This document shows, piece by piece, positions 57,194 through 64,000 of a stretch of DNA of 64,000 bases (position 1 is the first letter of the stretch; every line of letters begins with the position of its first letter). The notes beneath the pieces are model-generated. The model saw nothing but the letters and a program-made list of their open reading frames with translations, did no database searches and had not been told where the DNA came from. The DNA is from Nannocystis bainbridge (lineage in GTDB: Bacteria; Myxococcota_A; Polyangia; Nannocystales; Nannocystaceae): contig NZ_JAQNDL010000001.1 in assembly GCF_028368995.1 (NCBI RefSeq), forward strand, positions 4,160,001 to 4,224,000, given 5' to 3'. The position numbers were made by a program, and so were the translations under genes.

Positions 57194-57781
57194 CTAGAAG
57201 AAGATGCCGTTCACGAGGGTCAGCGGCTCGTGGCGCAAGGTCCGCCAGGTGAAGTCGAGCAGCACCCGGTCGAAGTTGTCGCGCGGGTGAGCGGCGAACA
57301 CGGCGGCCACCGGGGCCTTCGGCAGGCCGAAGCGCAGCAGCCCGTGGGTGTGCTCGATCTGGACCGCGCGGCGGAACGCGTCCGCCTGCGGCGACAGGTT
57401 CGGCACCGGCAGCAGGCGGTGGTTGTAGACCAGGCACTCGTCGACCACGTCTTGCGCGGCCGTGAGACGGAAGCCGGCCATCTCGCGCTCGAACAGGCTG
57501 CGGCTGCGCTCGAGGTAGGTGCGGCCGGTGTCACCACGGCTGACGATCCCGAGGTCGTGGCACATGGCGATCGCGTAGGCGAGGTCGCGCGCGAGCGGGG
57601 TGCCCTCCTTCGCCAGCAGCATCTCGGTGAACAGGAACAGGCGCCGGCAGTGGTTGCGGAAGCCGTCGCCGTCGTAGGGGCTCGTGGCCTCGAAGACCTC
57701 CTCCGCGTGGGCGGCGAGCGGGCTCGTGGGCAACGAGGGGGCGGCCGGGGCGGTGAGGGTCTCGGTGGCGGACGCGAGCAC
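57194..57781 (-). CDS. HD-superfamily phosphohydrolase-like protein
   Basis: NHCRR...MCHDLG; start uncertain. Confidence 0.6.
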   Translation of the reverse strand: MLASATETLTAPAAPSLPTSPLAAHAEEVFEATSPYDGDGFRNHCRRLFLFTEMLLAKEGTPLARDLAYAIAMCHDLGIVSRGDTGRTYLERSRSLFEREMAGFRLTAAQDVVDECLVYNHRLLPVPNLSPQADAFRRAVQIEHTHGLLRFGLPKAPVAAVFAAHPRDNFDRVLLDFTWRTLRHEPLTLVNGIFF

Positions 57782-57899
57782 TGGCAAAAATCTACCGCAG
57801 ACCCGCGCGGGGCACGACAAAACCGACGTGAGGCACCCCCGCGCAAGGCCTGTGGCAGCGGGGCCGACGCTGGGGCAGAACGCGCGCGGAGCGGCCGCC

Positions 57900-58619
57900 T
57901 CAGGCCATCGGACGCACACCGAGGTCGTCGAGCAGCAGCTCGACCACGAGGCGCTGGAGCTCGATCCGCCGGGACTCCGGCAGGCCCATCCACGTCTCGA
58001 CGCAGATCCCCACGCAGCCGGTGGCCTCGACGATGACCTCGGTGGACGACGTCGCGACAGGGTAGTACTGCGGGGCCCAGCGCTCGTCCTCGCCGGCGAT
58101 CCGCGCGTTGAGGCGGTCGATCGTGCGGGCGATGATCGCGGGCATCGGCTCGACGCCGTAGACCAGCGTCTGCCCGAACGACGGCTTCACGTCGGGGTGG
58201 TAGCGCTTGTGGCTCTCGTGAAGGGTCGCCATCAGCGTCGGCCGCTCGGCCAGCACGAGGTCCATGAAGCGGCGGGCCAGCTGGCGCTCGCGCTCGGGCG
58301 CGTCGACGTCGCCGGGGAAGCAGCGGTTGAGGTCGAGGCCGCCGGGGGCGCTGCGCTGGCGGGCGCGATAGGCCGGCGGGTTCATCACCGGGACCACGAT
58401 CAGCCGCCCGCGGCTGGGCCGCAGGTGCTCCTCGAGCATCTCTTGCAGCGCGTGCACGCCGGCGACCTCGTCGCCGTGAATGCCGGCCTGAATCAGCGCG
58501 ACCGGGCCCGGCTCGGCGGCGTCGAAGACGTGGATCGGCAGCGTGGGCGAGAACCAGTGGACCCCGGGCGACAGACGCGACACCGGGCGAGGGTGCCTCA
58601 CCGGCGCGCCCGGGGGCAA
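57900..58619 (-). CDS. Succinylglutamate desuccinylase/aspartoacylase (M14-like) hydrolase
   Basis: AGIHGDE, VPVMNP, DLNRCFPG, LHE. Confidence 0.85.
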   Translation of the reverse strand: MPPGAPVRHPRPVSRLSPGVHWFSPTLPIHVFDAAEPGPVALIQAGIHGDEVAGVHALQEMLEEHLRPSRGRLIVVPVMNPPAYRARQRSAPGGLDLNRCFPGDVDAPERERQLARRFMDLVLAERPTLMATLHESHKRYHPDVKPSFGQTLVYGVEPMPAIIARTIDRLNARIAGEDERWAPQYYPVATSSTEVIVEATGCVGICVETWMGLPESRRIELQRLVVELLLDDLGVRPMA

Positions 58620-58650
58620 GAGGCCGAGGCTGTCCCGAAGGACAGGTCGC

Positions 58651-59349
58651 TCACGGCGGGCCGGGCAGGTCGGTCGGCGCCTCGACCCCGAGCGTGCGGC
58701 ACGTGGGCGAGTTGGCGACGCCGGTGTGGTCGGGCATGGTGCCGAGGATGCGGTCGCCGAGGTGGGTGGTGACGCCCTGCCAGTAGTGCTCGTTCTTGAA
58801 GTGGTGCAGGCGGTGGTAACGCCAGATCCGGCGGTAGAACTCGCCCTGGGGCTTGTAGCCGGTGTGGGTCAGGTAGTGCGTCCACTCGTAGAGGAAGGCC
58901 ATCGTCACCGAGCCGAGCACGCCGGTGAGGGCCACCTGCGGCGTGGGCGCGAGCAAGAACCACACCGCCGCGAACATCGCCAGGCCGAGCCAGCCGGCGC
59001 GCCGCGGGATGAACACCAGCTCGAGCCGCCACGGGTCGCGGTGGTGGGCGCGGTGGAACTTGGCGATCTGCAGATCGAAGGCGCGGCCGAACAGCGTGGT
59101 CGGCTTGAAGTGGAGGATGTAGACGTGGATCAGCCACTCGGCGAACGGCTGCACCGCGAGGAGGATCGGCACGACCAGCAGGTCGGCCCATCCGAAATCG
59201 CCGGCGGCCACCCGCGTGGCCACCAGCAGCGGCCACATCACCGCGAAGATCCGCGGGCTGTGGAAGGTGAAGAAGGCGCGCGCGGCCTGTCCCAGCGTGG
59301 GGTTCTTGCCGTCGCGGCCGCCCATGGGTTCGTGCTCATGGCTGGTCAT
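58651..59349 (-). CDS. Fatty acid hydroxylase / sterol desaturase family protein
   Basis: His boxes HVYILH, HRAHH, HYLTH, HRLHHF. Confidence 0.88.
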   Translation of the reverse strand: MTSHEHEPMGGRDGKNPTLGQAARAFFTFHSPRIFAVMWPLLVATRVAAGDFGWADLLVVPILLAVQPFAEWLIHVYILHFKPTTLFGRAFDLQIAKFHRAHHRDPWRLELVFIPRRAGWLGLAMFAAVWFLLAPTPQVALTGVLGSVTMAFLYEWTHYLTHTGYKPQGEFYRRIWRYHRLHHFKNEHYWQGVTTHLGDRILGTMPDHTGVANSPTCRTLGVEAPTDLPGPP

Positions 59350-60109
59350 CGTCGTCCTCCTCTCCAGTGGCCTGACCGTCTTCGTCGGAATTCTCGAGCA
59401 CGGCGAGCAGCTGCAAGATGCCGCGCGAGCCGTGCTGCATCAGCGCCTGAGCGCTGGCCGCGGCGCCGTCGCTGTCGCGGCGGCGCACGGCGTCGGCGAT
59501 CCGGCGATAGGCCGCGAGGTCGCGCAGCTCCTCGCCCATGACCTCGACCAGCGCCTCGCGCATGCCCTCGTAGCTGTGGCGCAGGCCGTTGAAGGCCAGC
59601 TGATAGGCGATGTTTTCGCTGCAGACCGTGAGCAGGTCCCAGAACTGCAGCGCCAGCACCTGCAGCGCCAGCAAGTCCTGCTCTTGCGCGGCCATGGCGG
59701 CGACCATCTCGTCGAGCTGCAGCACCTGCCCGGGGCTGCGGCGCAGGGCCGCGAGGCGGGCGATGTCGGGGGCCATCGCGGCGCGCATCTCCATCACGCT
59801 GCGCGCGACGCGGAGGTCGACCGTGCCGTCGTGGTGAAAGAGGAGGCGATCGAGGAGGTCGAGGCTGGCGGTCTGCTTGAAGTCGAGCACGCGCGTGCCG
59901 CCGCCGTGCTGAATCGAGATCAGCCCCGCCTGCGACAGCCGCTTGAGCGCCTCGCGCACGGCGCCGCGGTTGACCCGCAGCACGTCGCAAAGCGCGCGCT
60001 CGCTCGGCAGCGGCGCCCCCGGGCGCATCCGACCGTGCACGATCTCCTGGGATAGCTGCTCGAACACAGCGTCGGACAGGGACTTTCGGGCTACCGGCTT
60101 GAGGCGCAT
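59336..60109 (-). CDS. FadR/GntR-family regulator
   Basis: LPSERAL...VNRGAVREALKRL wHTH plus FCD-like C-terminus. Confidence 0.92.
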   Translation of the reverse strand: MRLKPVARKSLSDAVFEQLSQEIVHGRMRPGAPLPSERALCDVLRVNRGAVREALKRLSQAGLISIQHGGGTRVLDFKQTASLDLLDRLLFHHDGTVDLRVARSVMEMRAAMAPDIARLAALRRSPGQVLQLDEMVAAMAAQEQDLLALQVLALQFWDLLTVCSENIAYQLAFNGLRHSYEGMREALVEVMGEELRDLAAYRRIADAVRRRDSDGAAASAQALMQHGSRGILQLLAVLENSDEDGQATGEEDDDDQP

Positions 60110-60155
60110 GGGCGACCTGTTGCAGTCAGCATGTCATGCCGAGATTCGATGGTCA

Positions 60156-60170
60156 ACTGGTCATACCAGT
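60156..60170. promoter_or_regulatory. Putative FadR-type operator abutting a sigma-70-like -35 element of the gntR gene
   Basis: Perfect inverted repeat ACTGGT-CAT-ACCAGT; the minus strand reads TTGACC-17 nt-CATGCT before the ATG at 60109. Confidence 0.65.
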
Positions 60171-60330
60171 GCAGTCGCGCCCCTGCGCGCCGGCCGCGGC
60201 ATTGCCGAATCTCCCGCCGTTGCCGGACTCGGCCGACGCGAGCGGCGCGCGGCCGGTGATTCCGCGGGTGATGCGAAGAGGACGTGGGACCGGCGAAGAC
60301 CTGCCTGGTCTTCGGATCATGTCCCTTACG

Positions 60331-61104
60331 TCATGTCTCTTCGGACTCAGGCTCGACGGCCGCGCCGACGCGCTCGATGCAGCGCCAGCGGCCGGCGATG
60401 CGGCGCTCGTGCGGCAGGTAGCGGGCCTTGTAGGCCATCGACGGGCACTCGCGGATGTACAGGCCGAGGTACAGGTAGCGGAGGCCCCAGGCGCGGCACA
60501 GCTCGAGCTGCTTCATGATCGAGAACACCCCGGGCGACAGCGGCTCGAAGTCGGGGTCGAAGTAGAAGTAGACGGCGGACAGGGCGTCCTCGGCGCGGTC
60601 GACCACGGCGACGCCGACCAGGCGGCCGTCGACGCGGTAGCGCAGCTCGAACGACTCGCAGCAGGTGTCGACGAGGAAGGCGCGGTAGCCGACCTCGTCG
60701 ATGTCGTGGCCGTCGGCGTTGAGGTCGCGCTCGGCCTTGTGGCGGTTGTAGAGCGCGACCTTCTCGGGCGTCAGCTCCGGCGGCCCGATCTCGACCTCGA
60801 TGCGGGACAGGCCGCGCTTGTACACGCGGCGCTGGGTCTTGTCGGCCGCGAAGCGCTCGACGTCGATGCGGATCGGCTCGCACGCCTGGCAGCTCGGGCA
60901 CGACGTGCGGTAGAGCAGCACGCCCTGGCGGCGGTCGCCGACCCGCAGGCGCTCGGCGAACTCCTGCGGGGTGAGCATCCGCGTCGGTACACGCAGCGGC
61001 ATGCGGGCGTCGCGGCCCTGAAGATAGGGGCAGACGGTCGCCTCGTCGTACACGAGCAGCTCCGGCGGGTCGGCCGCGAGCAAGCGAGGGCGCCAGCGCA
61101 TCAT
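60331..61104 (-). CDS. bpt: ATE1-like aminoacyl-tRNA-protein transferase (Bpt)
   Basis: CPYL, G.RR.G..LYR..CP.C.AC..IR, LSAVYFYFDP, YLYLG.YI..C..M.YK. Confidence 0.9.
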   Translation of the reverse strand: MMRWRPRLLAADPPELLVYDEATVCPYLQGRDARMPLRVPTRMLTPQEFAERLRVGDRRQGVLLYRTSCPSCQACEPIRIDVERFAADKTQRRVYKRGLSRIEVEIGPPELTPEKVALYNRHKAERDLNADGHDIDEVGYRAFLVDTCCESFELRYRVDGRLVGVAVVDRAEDALSAVYFYFDPDFEPLSPGVFSIMKQLELCRAWGLRYLYLGLYIRECPSMAYKARYLPHERRIAGRWRCIERVGAAVEPESEET

Positions 61105-61185
61105 CGTTCAGTATACGGGTCCTGACCGCCGCGAGGCGCGCCATCCGAGTTGTACTGGGCCGCCTGGGCACTACAATCGCCTGCC

Positions 61186-62016
61186 ATGGCCGAGCCTGAA
61201 GTCCTGGACCCCGGCGTCTGGCGGGTCCCGTACGCGACGCCGACGCTCCCGCCGGCGACGGCGACCAATACTTTGATCGTCGGCACGCGCCGGCTGGCGG
61301 TCATCGAGCCGGCCACGCCGTTTGCCACTGAGCGGGCCGCGCTCGACGGACTGCTGGCGGAGCGAGCCGCCGCCGGCGCGGAGGTCGTGGCCGTGCTCGT
61401 CACCCACCACCACGGCGACCACGTCGGCTACGCGTTCGAGCTCGCGCGGCGGCTGGGCGCGCCGATCTACGCCCATCGCCTCACCGCGGCCCGGCTCGAT
61501 TTCCCCGTCGACATCGCGCTCGAGGACGGCGAGCGGCTCGAGCTCGGCGACGGCTACGCCCTGCGAGCCCTGTTCACGCCGGGTCACGCGCCGGGCCACC
61601 TCGTGTACTGCGAGGAGCGCACGGGGATCGCCTACGCCGGTGACCTCGTCGCCGGCATCGGGACGATCCTCATCGACCCGGCCGATGGGGGGGACATGTC
61701 GGCCTACCTCGATTCGCTCGCCCGCCTGGGCGCCGAGCGACCCTCGGCCCTCGTCCCCGCCCACGGCCCCGTGATCGCGGCGCCGCAGGAGTGCCTCGAG
61801 CGCTACATCACCCATCGCAGACAGCGCGAGGGCCGGGTGCTCGCCGCCCTGCACGCCGGCGCCACGCGGATGCCCGAGCTGCTGGCCGGCGCCTACGGCG
61901 ACACCCCGCGTGAGATCTGGTGGCTGGCCGAGCGGTCCCTGGACGCCCACCTGCGCAAGCTCGAGGCCGAGGGCCGGGTCCGCCGCGAGCCCGACAGTCA
62001 GTTCGTCCTGACCTGA
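61186..62016 (+). CDS. MBL-fold metallo-hydrolase (LACTB2-like)
   Basis: TPTLPPAT.TN, THHHGDH, TPGHAPGH, AGD, PAHG, C-terminal winged helix. Confidence 0.9.
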   Translation: MAEPEVLDPGVWRVPYATPTLPPATATNTLIVGTRRLAVIEPATPFATERAALDGLLAERAAAGAEVVAVLVTHHHGDHVGYAFELARRLGAPIYAHRLTAARLDFPVDIALEDGERLELGDGYALRALFTPGHAPGHLVYCEERTGIAYAGDLVAGIGTILIDPADGGDMSAYLDSLARLGAERPSALVPAHGPVIAAPQECLERYITHRRQREGRVLAALHAGATRMPELLAGAYGDTPREIWWLAERSLDAHLRKLEAEGRVRREPDSQFVLT

Positions 62017-62129
62017 CCGGGCGCGCCGCCGTACACGCGCTTACCAGACGCGAGTACACCGGCGCGCACTCGCCCGGCGCGTCGCGCGGTCGCCCTTCGC
62101 CGGCCGCTGGTGTTAGGATGGACCCGGTT

Positions 62130-62537
62130 ATGCCCAAGGTCTTGATCGTCGAGGACAACGAACTCAGCCGGGACATGCTCTCGAGGCGACTGCGCCGCAA
62201 GGGCTACGAGGTGCTCGTCGCCGTCGACGGCGGCGAGGGCGTCGCCATGGTGAAGAAGGAGAAGCCCGACATCGTGCTGATGGACTTGAGCCTCCCCGAC
62301 ATGGACGGCTGGTACGCCACGCGGGTGCTGAAGGAGCACGAGGCGACCGCGAATATCCCTGTCATCGCCCTCACCGCGCACGCCATGTCCGGCGACCGCG
62401 AGAAGGCCCTCGAGGCCGGCTGCGACGACTACGACACCAAGCCGATCGACCTGCGACGGCTGCTCTCGAAGATCAACCGCTTCGTGCCCGACCCCGAGGG
62501 CGGCTCCGGCGATCCCAGCGACAGCCGGGCCGGCTGA
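62130..62537 (+). CDS. Single-domain response regulator (DivK-like)
   Basis: VEDN, LMDLSLP..DG, IALTAHA, TKP. Confidence 0.92.
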   Translation: MPKVLIVEDNELSRDMLSRRLRRKGYEVLVAVDGGEGVAMVKKEKPDIVLMDLSLPDMDGWYATRVLKEHEATANIPVIALTAHAMSGDREKALEAGCDDYDTKPIDLRRLLSKINRFVPDPEGGSGDPSDSRAG

Positions 62538-62851
62538 GCCTCGACCGCTTCGCACGCAGCGTCGTCGCCCGTCGGCGCCTCGCCGCACCTCCGTGGTGCC
62601 GGCTCGCAGGCCCACGACCGACGACGCGCTCGCGTCTGTCCTTAAAGTCATGTCCTCGGGGCACGCCGCGGTCGTCCGTCCGCGGATTTGCGCGTCCGTC
62701 CGCGCCCCGATCGCCAGGAATTCGCGCCGGCCCGACCCGGAAAAACGCGACAGAACCATGTCCTGACCGCCTCCTCACGCGTCCTGCAATTGACACCCCT
62801 CGCGGGCCCCTGTAACGCTCTTTTGACACGGTTTTCCCGCGGAGAACTGCG

Positions 62852-64000
62852 ATCACGGACTCGCACCCACACGCCGGAGCGCCCGCCGAGAGCGGGCTCG
62901 AACCCCAGGGGGAGGCCGGGGCGGGCAGCCGGCTGGCGGCCCTGCGCGCGCAGATCGAGCAGCGTTTCGGCTACTTGCCGGCGTTCTTCGAGCCGGCCTT
63001 CGCCTGCCCGGACACCCTCGCCGACCTGTGGCACGCCGCCAGACACGCCTACCTCGATTGCCCGCTGCCGGCGGTGTTCAAGGAGCTGACCCTCCTGCTG
63101 GCCCTCCGCCGCGCCGGCGCCGGCCTCGTCGAGCACGCGCTCGCCCTCACCCGCCTGGGCCTCGCGCCCGCGGCCGTGCTGAGCGCCCTCGACGAGCCGC
63201 GCGCCTTTGTCGATCAGCTGGCGGCCGCCCGCGATGTGCTCCGCGAGCAGCACCTGCACCTTGAGACATGGCCTGAAGACCCTGTCCTTCGCGACATGCT
63301 CATGCGCTGCGGCCTGGCCTTCGCCGCCGACCCGCAAGGCGGCGCCGACGGTCGCGCTGCGCTGGCCGCCGCGTTGACGCCGGCGCTGTACACCCGCTGG
63401 ACCGCGCTGGCCGCCTACGCCCGCGGCCGCGCGGCCTGGTTCGAGCTGCACCCCGACCTGGCCCAGCGGATCGACCCGCCGCTGGTCGAGACCCACGCAT
63501 GGTTGCTGCGCGAGGCGCCCGGGCTCGCGCGTCACTTCGGCGACCCGGCCGTCGGCGCCCGCCCGCTGGTCGCGCCCGCGCTGCTGCGCCTCATCGACGC
63601 CGTCCCGACCGGCATCCTCCAGCTCGACGCCCGCGGCGCGATCGTCATGTCGAACACCACCGCGCAGCGGCTGCTCGGCCACGGCCCCGAGGCGCTCGCC
63701 GGCCTGACGATCGACGACCTCGAGCGCGGCGCCCTGCGCGACGACGGCCAGCCGCTCGCCCCCGGCTCACCGCTGCGGCGCTGCCTCGAGCAGCACAAGC
63801 CGCAGCCCCCGCTCACCGTCGGCCTCCGCACCGCCAGGGGCGAGCTGCTGTGGACCAGCCTCGCCGCCGTCCCGCTCGCGGACGACGACCACGGCGCCGC
63901 GATCATGGTCACGCTGGTCGACATCGGCGAGCGCCGCAAGATCGAGCGCGCCCTGCAGGAGAGCGAGATCAAGTACCAGCTGCTGGTCGAGGCCAGCGAC
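62852..64000 (+). CDS. PAS-domain sensor protein (probably a kinase or cyclase), N-terminal part; runs off the window end; absent from the ORF track
   Basis: Frame +2 is open from the TAA at 62813 to the window end: IEQRFGYLPAFF...WFELHPDL, then PAS (IDAVPTGILQLDARG...DIGERRKIERALQESE). Confidence 0.8.
   Translation, partial: MTDSHPHAGAPAESGLEPQGEAGAGSRLAALRAQIEQRFGYLPAFFEPAFACPDTLADLWHAARHAYLDCPLPAVFKELTLLLALRRAGAGLVEHALALTRLGLAPAAVLSALDEPRAFVDQLAAARDVLREQHLHLETWPEDPVLRDMLMRCGLAFAADPQGGADGRAALAAALTPALYTRWTALAAYARGRAAWFELHPDLAQRIDPPLVETHAWLLREAPGLARHFGDPAVGARPLVAPALLRLIDAVPTGILQLDARGAIVMSNTTAQRLLGHGPEALAGLTIDDLERGALRDDGQPLAPGSPLRRCLEQHKPQPPLTVGLRTARGELLWTSLAAVPLADDDHGAAIMVTLVDIGERRKIERALQESEIKYQLLVEASD

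Overview
Very GC-rich bacterial chromosome segment, almost certainly a myxobacterium (MYXO-CTERM protein, Thr-rich lipoprotein linkers, Hanks-type kinase; Nannocystis-like is my inference). It holds about 60 densely packed CDS. Housekeeping genes include uvrC, ssb, rseP, ttcA, hslO, ybaK, ansA, eda, manC and an HtrA protease. Accessory modules are: (1) an ECF sigma/anti-sigma operon ending in two paralogous 8-Cys lipoproteins; (2) two ThiF-nitroreductase (Rv1355c/MoeY-like) genes around a GNAT-like N-acyltransferase, resembling oxazolone biosynthesis; (3) a glycosyltransferase-deacetylase-MMPL-ManC cluster; (4) an orphan lipoprotein with HvfA-type EGKCG repeats; (5) two tandem lipoprotein copper type II monooxygenases fused to a CxxxxCH cytochrome c-like domain. 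The strongest unexplained signal is a 14-bp quasi-palindrome, TGTCC-N4-GGACA (TGYC-N6-GACA), at roughly 35-40 loci by eye. It often forms head-to-tail arrays with exact 14-bp period and lies both between genes and in-frame inside genes. I saw no rRNA, tRNA, CRISPR array, transposase or integrase. All product calls come from motif recognition by eye, not database searches.
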